DNA of 64,000 nt from Mobula hypostoma (taxonomy: Eukaryota), in assembly GCF_963921235.1 (NCBI RefSeq), contig NC_086097.1:95916001-95980000 (forward strand), read 5' to 3'. Positions 12,001 through 24,000 of the stretch are shown here, piece by piece. The translations under genes and the position numbers were made by a program. How positions within the stretch are numbered: the first letter of the stretch is position 1; each line of letters opens with the position of its first letter. The notes below the pieces were generated by a model. That model had not been told where the DNA came from and made no database searches. It saw only the letters and a program-made list of their open reading frames with translations.

Positions 12001-15000
12001 TTCTCCCCATAACCTTTGATGCCATGTCCAATTAAGAACCTGTCAAGCTCTGACTTAAATACACCCAACAACCTGGCCTCCACAGCTGCCTGTGGTAATA
12101 AATTCCACAAATTCACCACCATCTGACTAAAGAAGTGCCTCTGCTTCTCTGTTTTAAATGGACACCCCTCTATTTTGAAGTTGTGCCCTCTTGTCGTAGA
12201 CTCCCCCCACCATTGGAAACATCGTTTCCACATCTACTCTGTCTAGGTCTTTCAAAATTCTAAAGGTTTCAGTGAGATCCTCCCTCATTCTTCTAAATTC
12301 CAGCAAGTACAGACCCAGAGCTATCAAATGTTCCTCATATGATAACCCTTTCTTTCCCGGAATCATCCTTGTGAACCTCCTCTGAATCCTCTCCAATGCC
12401 AACACATCTTTTCTTAGTTGAGGAGCCCAGAACTGTTCACAATACTCAAGGTGAGGCCTCATCCGCGCCTTATAAAGCCTCAGTATCACTTGTATTCTAG
12501 ATCTCTTGAAATGAATGCTAACATTGCATTTGCCTTTCTCACCACTGACTCTATCTGCAAGTTAACCTTTAGGGTGTTCTGCACAAGGATTCCCAAGTCC
12601 CTTTGCATCTCAGATTTTGGATTTCTCCCCATTTAGAAAATAGACTGCACACTTATTTCTTCTACTAAAGTACATGACATTACATTTTCCAATATTGTAT
12701 TTCATTTGCTACTTTCTTGCCCATTATCCTAATCTGTCTAAGTCCTTCTGCAGCCTATCTGTTTCCTCAACATTACCTAGCCCTCCACCAATCTTTGTAT
12801 CATCTGCAAACTTGGCAACAAAACCTTCTATTCCATCCTCTAAACCATTGACATACAGCATTAAAAGAAGTGGTCCCAACACCGACTTCTGTGGAACACC
12901 ACTAGACACTTGGTAAACAGCCTCATATTTCGCACCTTGTCAAACGCCTTCTGAAAGTCCAAATACACAACATCCACTGCATCCCCTTTATCTATCCTTC
13001 TTGTAATCTCCTCAAAGAATTCCAACAGGTTCATCAGGCAAGATTTCTCCTGAAGGAAACCCTGCTAACTTTGTCCTATCTTGTCCTGTGTCAGCAGGTA
13101 CTCCATAACCTTATCCTTAACAATTGACTCCAACATATTTCCAACTACTGAGGCCAGGCTAACTGGTCTATAATTTCCTTTCTGCTGCCTTCCTCCTTTG
13201 TTAAAGAGTGGAGTGATATTTGCAATTTTCCAGTCCTCTGGCAACATGCCAGAGTCCAATGATTTTTGAAAAATAATTACAAAGCGTGCTGTGCACAAGG
13301 CCCGAGCAGCATCCACTGCCACGACAGCACCCACCCACTTGTGTCCCACATGTGGGCGAGCCTTCAGGGCCCGGATTGGCCTCATCAGTCACCTCTGGAC
13401 CCACAGCCACCAATCTCCCATTTGACTTTGAAGCCATGGTCATCTTCGACTACGAAGGACGAACAACAACTAATGCCTCCACAATTTCTACCACTACCTG
13501 TTTCAGAACCTTTGGGTGCAGTTCATCTCATCCAGTGTCTTATGTACCCTTAGGTTTTTCAGCTTTTTGAACTCCTTCTCCCTTGTAAAAGTAACTGCAC
13601 TCATTTCTCTCGCATCCTTCAACATCTGGCACACTGTTAGTGTGAAGATGGATACAAAATACTCATTTAGTTCATCTGCCATCTCCATGACCCATGTTTA
13701 TTATTTATCCAGCCTCATTTTCAAGAGGTCCTATATCCACCCTCATCTCTATTTTATTTTTACATGCAGGTGGCCCCCGTTTTCCGAACGTTCGCTTTAT
13801 GACACCTCGCTGTTACGAAAGACCTACATTAGTTACCTGTTTTCGCTAACAGAAGGTGTTTTCACTGTTACGAAAAAGGCAGCGTGCGTCAGAACAGCCA
13901 AGCTCCTCCCCCCAGAACTGCATTCTAGCCGTCACTGCTTAAACACGTGCTTTATCTTGATTTATGCATCCATTAGCAAGATGAGTTCTAAGGTATTGGA
14001 AAAGCCTAAAAGAGCTTGTAAGGGTGTTACACTTAGCGTAAAACTAGACATAATTAAGCGTTTCAATCATGGTGAACGAAGCGTTTCATTGTCTGCGCAT
14101 TGAACTTGCCTGCATCCACCATTCGCACTATTTATATGTAGAGAGAAAGAATTTTGAAAGCGGCCGATGTTACTGTTGGTTCTGCTCGTAGCAAAGTGGT
14201 CTCTCTTAGTCGGCATCCAGTAATGAATAAAATGGAAAGTCTATTGCTTGAGTGGATTGATGGGTGTACAAAGCGTGGTGTTCCGTTAAGTTTTCTTATA
14301 CTTAAGGAGAAATCAGTCAGTCTTTTTAATAAGCTGAAACAGAAAGTACTGGACGATGGTGACGAAAGTATTGCGAAAGTGGAATTTAAAGGTAGTCATG
14401 GGTGGTTTGATCGGTTTCTGAGGCGAGGGCAGCTTCATAATTTAACGTTTACCGGAGAGAGTGCTTCAGCTGATACTGAAGCTGCCGAAAAGTTCCCAGC
14501 AGAACTGAAGAAAATAATTACGGAAGGTGGTTATTCGTATAAGCAAGTGTTTTAACTGTGACAAAACTGCAGTTTATTGGAGTCTTCCCGATTCTGGTAA
14601 GTGAAACTACACTGTACATACATTATTTCTACTTCATATAGGCTGTGTATTTTATGTGTTATTTGGTATGATTTGGCAGCTTCATAGCTTAAAGGTTACT
14701 GGAGAGAGTTTCTGCCGAGAGCGCTTCCGTGAGATTTTTGCTGCGCTCGACAGTGCTGTAGAAAAGTATTTCTGCTTTATATAGGCTGTGTATTTATCAT
14801 ATCATTCCTGCTTTTACTATATGTTACTGTTATTTTAGGTTTTATGTGTTATTTGGCATGATTTTGTAGGTTATTTTTTGGGTCTGGGAATGCTCAAAAA
14901 ATTTTCCCATATAAATAAATGGTAATTGCTTCTTTGCTTTATGACATTCCGGCTTACGAACCATTTCATAGGAATGCTCTACCTTCGGATAGCGGGGGAA

Positions 15001-18000
15001 ACCTGTACTTGAAAAAGTTTTTCCTATCTGCTTTGATATTGTTTGCTAGCTTGCTTTCATATTTCTTCTTTCCCCTCCTAATGATTCTTTTAGTTGCTCG
15101 CCATAGGTTTTTAAAAGCTTCCCAATCCTCTGTCTTACCACTAATTTTTGCACTGTTGTATGTCCTCTCTTCTGCTTTTATATTAGGTTTGACTTCCCTT
15201 GTCAGCCATGGTTGTACTATTTTTCCATTTGAGTATTTCTTTGTGTTTTGGAATACATCTATCCAGCACCTTCCTCATTTTTCCCAGAAACTCACACCAT
15301 TGCTGCTGTGCTGTCAATCAGCAGATGATTCCACTGTGCAGCAATAATATCCCAGCAGCTCCTTCCAATTTATTTTGGCCAGCTCCTCTCTCATACCACT
15401 ATACTCCACCTACACTCCACTGAAATACTGCTATGTAAGACTTTATTTCTTCCCTATAAAATTTCATGTTGAACTCAGTTATATTGTGATCACTGCCTCC
15501 TAAGGGTTCTTTTACCTTATGCTCCCTAATACCTCTAGTTCATTATAGCTGATCCAGTATAGCTGATTCCCCTAGGAGGCTCAATGATAATCTGCTCTAA
15601 AAAGCCATCTTGTAGGCATTCAACAAATTCACTCTCTTGAGATCCATTACCAACCAGATTTTCTCAATTGGCCTGCATGTTGACATCACCTATAACTATC
15701 ATAGTATCATAACATTGCCCTTTTGATACGCCTTTTCTATTTCCCATAGTAATCTGTGGTCCACATCCCAGCTGAGCCCTGTATATAACTGCCATCAGGG
15801 TCCTTTTACCCTTGCAGTTTCTTAACTCAACCCACAAGGATTCAACATCTTCCGATACTATATTGCATCTTTCTACTGATTTAATTCCATTCTTTACCAG
15901 CAGATCCACGCCAATCCCTCTACCTACCTTCCTGTCCCTCTGATACAATGTGTAATATTCAGCTCCCAACTACAATCATCCTTCAGCCACGACTCAGTAA
16001 TGTCACAACATCATACCTGACGATCTGTAATAGTGAAACAGGATCATCCACCTTATTTCTTATACTCCGTGTATTGAGATATAGTATTTTCAATACTGTA
16101 TTTGCCACTCTTTTTGATTCTGCATCCTTAATTTACTGATACTCACCCTGCTGGCTGCAATTTTGTTCTATCATCTGAAGCTAATAACCATGTCCTTTGG
16201 CTTGTTGACATTAAGAGGTTCTTTGTTTGGCACCAGGCCTTGAGATCTTCCACCTCCTCTCGATAGACGTCACTCAAAATTCAGGAACCGTTTCTTCCCC
16301 TTCTGAATGGATGTTGAACCCACGAACATTACCTCATTACTTTTTTTCCTATTTTTTGCACAACTTATTTAACTATTATATGTGTATGTTTACTGTAATT
16401 CAGTTTTCTTTTTCTCTGTATTATATATTGCATCGTACTGCTGCTGCAAAGTTAACAAATTTCATAACATGTGGCGGTGATATTAAACCTGATTCTGATT
16501 CTGATGCTAATGAAATCCATTTGTCATTCTTCTTCCCTGAAGGTTGACCCTTTGGCAAAGCCATGTAAAAATGTGGTTCTGTATCAGACAATGATGGAAC
16601 TTCTGAGAACACAAGCTGCATCAATTCAAGCTGTCAGAGATTCTGAACACGAGGTATTGTTTCAGCTACTTTGTTTGTTTATTTATTTATTTATATTTAT
16701 TGATTTATTGAGGTACAACACGGAATAGGCCCTTCCGGCACTGCAAGCCACACTGCCCAGCATCATCCTGATTTAATCTTAGCCTAATCATGGAACAATT
16801 TACAATGACTAATTAACCTACTACCCCTTATATTTTTCGACTGTGGGAGGAAGCTGGAGAACCCAGAAGAAACCAACACAGTCATGGGGAAAATGTTCAA
16901 ACGACTACATCACCATGTTGCCCTTGTCATTGCTCAGTGATCCAAACAATTGATTTCTTATCTCACAATCTGAGAAAAAAAATCAAATATACATTCATAT
17001 CCACAGTGATGATGAAAGGCTTTAGAAGTATATTGTTACATACCCAAATATGGCAGCTAATGTGTACACTTTGAGGGCAGCAAAGAGGCAGAGTTAGTAG
17101 AGCTGCTGTTTCACAGTACCAAAGACCTGGTTTCAATGTGATGCCTGTGTAGAATTTCCACGTTCTCCGTGTGTCCAAATGGGTTTCCTCTGGAGGTTCT
17201 GATGTGTGGTTTGGTAGGTTAATTGGTCATTGTAAATCGCTGCTGGTTTGTAGGTAAGTGCTAGAATCTGGAGGACATTGATGGGAAGGTGGGGAGAATA
17301 AAAAAGCGTAATAATAGAGGATTAGTGTAAAATGGGTGATTGGTGGTCGGTGTGAACTTGATGGGCTGAAAGGCTTGTTTACAACCTGTATCTCTCTCTG
17401 TAACATTGCACAAATAACAAATGTGATTAAGAGGGTTCATGTATTTTGGTGCAGTTACTGGAGGAATAACTATTTGCCAGGACTATGATTCAGAGGGTCT
17501 TTCATCTACCAAGCATTTAAGTCTTCAGCTCTTTCTGGAATGGTTTCTTACTATAATTATTGATGATCAAAATCTAGATTTGGCATTATAATTGTATGTT
17601 GTGACATCCGTGCGCAGTAACAGTAGTTTGTAATACAAAGATCTGGTCTAACTATCTAGAGAAGTGGATTCAAATCTTAGAACTGGAATTAATTAAAATG
17701 TTAATTGGATGCTAACTGCAAAACTACAATGTTGCCCAGGAAATCCATGCGATGTACTAAAATAGGGAGGGAAATTTGCTGCCGGTTCAGGTTTAGCCTA
17801 TATGTCATTCAAACCCAGGTTTGATTTGGTTTATTATTGTCTCATATAGTGCAGTACAGGGCAATGTGATTGGCATTTAATCCAAAACAATTACTTTTAG
17901 CCAGTCTCTGAAAAGGGCTAGGAATTTATAGCCACTCATACTATTGGGTACTGAAACTACTTTCCTCACAAAGGGAAGAAGCCTTTCCATGCGACCACAA

Positions 18001-21000
18001 GGCATCGAAGCAGATTTAGGCCACCTGGCCAGTCAAATCTGCTCTACCATTCCATTGCCATTGGGCTACAGTAACGTCGTGGTTAGTGCAACGCGATTAC
18101 AGTTTGAGGCGTTCTGGAGTTTGGACTTCAATTCCTGCAGTGTTCTGTAAGGAGTCACTGTACATCTTCCTTGTGGAATGCGTGGATTTTCCCTGGGTGC
18201 TCTGATTTCCTCCCACAATCCAAAGACGTAGCAGGTAGGCTAATTGGTCATTGTAAATTGTCCCATGAATAGATTAGGGTTAACTGGGCTGGCACTGCTC
18301 GAAGGGCCGGGAGTGCCTACTTGGTGCTATATCCCTAAATAAATAAATTCCATCATGGCGGATTTCTTATCCTTCTCAACCCCAATCTCTTGCCTATCAA
18401 CCGCTGCTTTAAATATACCCAATGATTTGGATTCTACAGCCGTCTGTGGCAATGAATTCCACAGATTCACCACCCTCTGACTATAGAAATTTCTCCTTGT
18501 GTCTGTTCTAAAGGTAAGACCTTCTATTCTGAGGTTGTATCCTCTGGTCCTAGATTTCCCCCGCTGTAGAGACATCCTCTCCACATCCACGCTGACAGTG
18601 GTTGATGTCTTGTCAGCAGTAAGAGATCCAGAGCAGGCAGAAGACTAGTGCGGAGTTTCCAAGAAGAGGGGGGTTGAAGATGAAGGAAGGGATCTTCGGT
18701 GTGGGATGGGGTATCCTTGACAAAGAAGTAGGCTTGGAGACGGAGGCAATGGAAGGAAAGTTCAGTGTCATGGTGGGTGTAAAACTCACTGAGGTGCAGG
18801 TGCAGGAGGACAAAGGTAAGGCCCTTGCTGAGGACAGAATGTTCCGCCTCAGAGAGGGGAAGGTCAGAAGGGATGGTGAAGACATGCAGAAATTAGACTG
18901 GGGTAGAGAGTTGGAGGAGTCAGAGGAGAAGGGCGGGTTGGGATGTTCAGGGAAATGGGTGGGAGGAAGATAGGGGCTCAGAGGAATAAAGAAGGGATGA
19001 GGGGTAGAGGTGAGCCTGAGAGACCGGGGGTGGGTGTGGAATAGTGGTGGGAGAAGAGGGGCCAGTGGACTCAATGGTACTGAGAAAAGTCTTGGCCAGA
19101 TGATGGAGGCTACAAAGCTTGGAGTCACAGTTGGACTGGGACGGTAGTATCTGGGGTCTGGAAGCAGCCAGGCCATCGAAACCAGAGTTGGAGCAGCTGT
19201 AGCCATGGACTGGAGGTGGCCAGGAGTGTTGTACAGTTTTGGTCAGTCTGCTATAGGAAAGACGCCATTAACCAAGAAAGTGCAGAGGAGATTTACAAGG
19301 ATGTTACCAAGACTTGACGGAATGAGTGTAGGAGAGAAGATGTGCAGGCTGGGATTTTAATCATTGGAAAGCAAGAAAGATGATGTTATAGAGGTGTATA
19401 AATGTATCACAAGGGACATTGATAAGGTCAATACACACAGTATTGTTTCCCAAAGTTGGGGTATCACAAACTAGGGGACATAAATTTAGAGTGATAGAGG
19501 AGAGAATTAATATGAACCTGAGGGACAATTTCTTCATCCAAGGGTGAAGAAATTACGGACGTATGTAGAACAAGCTGCCAGAAAAAATGACTGAGGCAGG
19601 TACATTAACAACATTTATAACGCACATGGACAGACACATGAATCAGAAAGGTTTAGAGAGATAGGGTCAAATGCAGACAAATGGGACTAGCTTAGATGAG
19701 AATCTTGTTCAGCATGCACCAGTGGGGACAATTAGCTTCTTTCCATGTTCTATGACTCCATTAAAACTCCTGAATCCACCTCTGTGTATATGAAAAGTGA
19801 CAATCACTTGTCTGAATTAGAATTCCTATGTAATGGAAATACTGTAAAGTGAGTTGGCTAAATTAATAGTCTCTAGATAAGAATTATATCTAAATCAAAC
19901 AAATGTTACACAAATCTTTCAATTTCAAGTTTAATTGTCATTCAACTGTATATCTATACCTCTGAATACAGCCAAACAAAATTATATTACTTCCTTTTGG
20001 AAGTAATTGGAATTCATTAAGTGCTGACCATATTCTGTAACTGACAAAGAAAAAAACATAGTCATTGCTTTCTGATTCTCTTATATTACATTTTACCAGT
20101 TTAATAATGGATTATTTAATACATCAGGAAAAGTCCTCAAGAAACTTATTTATTAGACATCAGCAGCACTTTTGATAAATGATCAGAAGATCTTGTTCTG
20201 TGATAGAATCTTTGATTTTTATTTCTCAATAATTCTTTGAAAATTTGACAGCAACAGAAATACCAGTAACCAAAGTTTACTTTGATGTAAACTGCTCAAG
20301 GTCATACAGAGGATGATAAAAGTAAATAAAATGGATTAGTGTTTTTAAGATAAATATTATCATTGTTAAATCTTCCGCTTTCACCTTTATAATGTTTGTA
20401 ATTTCTGCCTCTACCTCAATCCATCAACTACTAAAACATTTTTTAGGAAATGAAGCAACTCTGAGCATCTATTTTAAACCATTGGGCAGACGAATCCAGG
20501 AGATGAGCAGAACTGGCTCCTGCTAAATATTAGGAAGATCAAATAGTTTGGTTCTCACGTTCCCCATTCCCTGGCCATTGACTCTTTGCCCTTTCTGACT
20601 ACCCTAAGAGACTAAATTGGACAGTTTGCATAATTGGCATCTTTTACTGCAAAATTGACTGCAGTTTGGAAGAGCGTCATTAGCACAAAGACATCCTGAC
20701 AATTTTTTGACCCTGGGTGGAAGCGCTGAGCTCATGTCCCTCTTGACCTTTGAGATTTCCCACCTCTAATCCACCTGTTTCTGCCCTGTTTAACACAATT
20801 AGCCACTGAAACTCCTAGCCATGATTTTGTTGTCTTGGTCTTGACTATTCCAGTATTTCTGTACTGGCTTTTTACCCCCTTTCGACAAAGCTCTGCTGAC
20901 AAAGTCAACATTCACACTAGCTCTTTTACTCATCACCATTGTACTTGTTAACTTACCTTGTCTCCCATTCCAACAACCTTAAGTGTAAAGTTCCCTTCCA

Positions 21001-24000
21001 TGTGTTTAAATTCCTCCATGGCCTTCTTGAACTACTTTGTACCTTTTCCAGTCCTTTGTAGTCCTCCAAGATCTCAGCTTTCCTCCAAAACTGACCCCTC
21101 AGGTTTAATAATTTGTATTGCTCCACCTTTGTGTCTTTTGTCAGATTTTGTTTAATAATGGCCTTCTGAAATATATTGGAATGTGTCATACAAACACCAG
21201 TTGTTTTGTTATTTATATTCCCAAAGACATGCAGAAAAAATGCATAGAAGTTATCATTCTGACCTAATTTCCATATTGTAAACAACAGGCTGACAACATT
21301 CTGGTACCAATGTGATTGCCAAAGTTAGGAGTAGTAGAATCCTTACCACAATCTGGGGGCAGTATTGTAATGAAGCAGTTAGCAAATTGCTCTACAGCAC
21401 CTACGACCCAGGTTCAATTCCCGCCACTGTCTATAAGGAGTTTGTATGTTCTCCCCATGACCGCATGGGTTTTCTCTGGGTTCCTTCCACATTCCAAAGA
21501 TGTACAGGTTAGAAGGTTAATTGGTCACATGGGTGTAATCAGGCAGTGTGGCTCATTGGGTGTGTTACAATGCTGTATCTCTAAGAATATTCTCTGGGCA
21601 TTCCAAACACTTTTTGACTGACAATAATTTATTTTTCTTTCCTCACTTCAGAGATTCCATGTCTGTTTGGTGCTGGGTAGGAAGATGTCGCTTAAGACAA
21701 TGCTGTGACTATCTTTCGTTCTTATGCAGCAGTAAATTTACTTCTTGCCATTTTATAGGGCCCAATGTGTTAAAAGCAAATTATCTTGGACATTGGGAAG
21801 GATATCTTGGCTCCTCTTCTAAAAGGTGCCACGCAATGTTAATTTCAGATTTACAAATATTTCTAAACGTAATCTTGAGACACGTGGGTGAGAACACAGC
21901 AAAGTAGAAGAGGCAAACAAGGTCTAGGTTAAACTTATTATCGAAAAGATGATGTGTGCTCCATCACCCATCTTCTGAATAGCATTTAAAGTCACAACTT
22001 GCTAACTTAGCTGTGAGAGTGAGACCGACCTACTTCTGATACTCAATGTACAGCATTAGGAAAACTCAGTCAATTAAAGCACCTAGGCGTTACATCAAAC
22101 AATGCACATTTCAAATTGAATGCAGATCAAGAACTAATTTATAAATTAAAAGAAACAATGCACAACAAATCTGAATCAGATTTAATATCTCGGCTTATGT
22201 TGTGAAATTTGTTAACTTTGTGGCAACGATACAATGAAATACATGATAAGTAAATATATAGAGAGAAAAAGTGAGTTACATTAAGTATACTTATGAATTT
22301 AAATAGTTAAAATAAGTCGTGCAAATTAACAGAAATAAAAAAGTAATGAGGTAGTGTTCACGGGTTCAAATTCCATTTAGAAATTGTATGGCAGAGGGGA
22401 AGAAGCTGTTCCAGAATCACTTAGTGTGTACTTCTGTACCTCCTTCCTGACGGTAACAGTGTGAAGAGGGCAGGTCCTGGGTGGTGGGGTCCTTAATGAT
22501 GGACGCCGCCTTCCTAAGACACTGCTCCTTGAAGATGTCTTGGATACTACGGAGTCTGGTACCCATGATAGAGATGACTAATTTTACAAGTTCCTGCAAC
22601 TTATTTCGATCTTGTGCAATAGCACCCCTACCCCATACCAGACAGTGATGCAGCCAGTCAGAATGCTCCCCACAGTACATTTGTAGAACTTTTCAAGTGT
22701 TTCAGTTGGCAAACCAAATCCCCTCAAACTCCTAATGAAATATAGCTGCTGTCTTGCCTTCCTCATAGCTGCATCAGTACGTTGCATCCAGGTTAGGTCC
22801 TCAGAGATATTGACACCCAGGAACTTGAAATTGCTCACTTTCTCCACTTCTGATCCCCTTAAGAGGATTGGTTTGTGTTCTGTCATCTTACTCTTTCTAA
22901 AGCAGCTCTTTGGTCTTACAGATGTTGAGTACAAGGTTGTAGCTGCGATACCACTCAACTAACTGGTGCTGTATATTTCGCTCCAGTACGCCCTTTCGTC
23001 ACCATCTGAAATTATGTCAACAATGGTTGTATCATCAGTAAGTTTTTGGATGGCATTTGAGCTATGCCTAGCCACACATCATGAGTGTAAAGAGAGTAGA
23101 GCAATGGGCTAAGCACACATCCCTGTGGTGTGCCAGTGTTAATTGTCAGTGAGGTGGTGAAGTCATCTCCAATCCACACAGATTGTGGTCTTCTGGTTAG
23201 GAAGTCGAGTTTCCAGTTGCAGAGGGAGGTACAGAGGCCTAGGTTCTGTAGCTTTTCGATCTGGATTGTAGGAATGTTGGAGTTAAATGCTGAGCTATAT
23301 TCAATAAACAGCAACCTGACATAGGTATTTGCATTGTCCAAATGATCCAAAGCTGCGTGGAGAGCCATTGAGATTGCATCTGCTGTAGACCTATTGTGGC
23401 AATAGGCAAATTGCACTGGGTCCATGTCCTTCCTGAGACAGGTGTTGATTCTAGCCATGACCAACCTCTCAAACCATTCCATCATCATAAATGTGTGTGC
23501 TACTGGACAATAATCATTGAGGCAGCTCACACTGCTCTTCTTGGGCACTGTAGCCTTTTGTAGCTTTTTTGAAGTAGGTGGGTACTTCTGACTGTAGCAG
23601 TGAGAGATTGAAACCTGATAAATGTTTGTAGTGCAGTTCTGCCTTGAAGTACAGTGGGTTCTGGTTAATTGGGACACATTGGGATCAATACATTTTGGCC
23701 CAATTAAGTGGCTGCCCCCATTAGTTGAAGTTTCATGGAAATAGTTAAAAAGGTATAAAAAAGACAAACTACTGTTTAACTAAGTAACAAGTTATGCATT
23801 TAAATGAAATACAGAATAAATTAGAACACTACAATACTATAAAACTATGTATTAGTTCCTGATAGTTATCATTGGAGGAATTCATTCAGTGTATGCTGAC
23901 ATATTCTTTTAATTGACTGTAAATGAACAAAATCAGCACAGACACCTAGTGCAGATACGGGACTGCCTTCAAGCAGTGCTTCCAATGATTGCATCCTACA

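Larger units (their letters stand above)
11894..16174 (-). mobile_element. Degenerate CR1 LINE interrupted by RTE and Tigger insertions
   Basis: CR1 3' tail ACCATAGGACATAGG; peptides [47 protein letters not shown]. Confidence 0.9.

Noticed and set aside
13516..14103. 195-aa + strand ORF
   Set aside because: Chance read-through from antisense CR1 sequence into the Tigger 5' end; only the last ~35 aa are transposase
18613..19206. 197-aa Pro/Ser-rich ORF
   Set aside because: Largely an off-frame reading of a pyrimidine-rich Penelope-like fragment; no splice or host-gene context
21357..21430. tRNA-like A/B boxes
   Set aside because: Head of a tRNA-derived SINE; no complete cloverleaf
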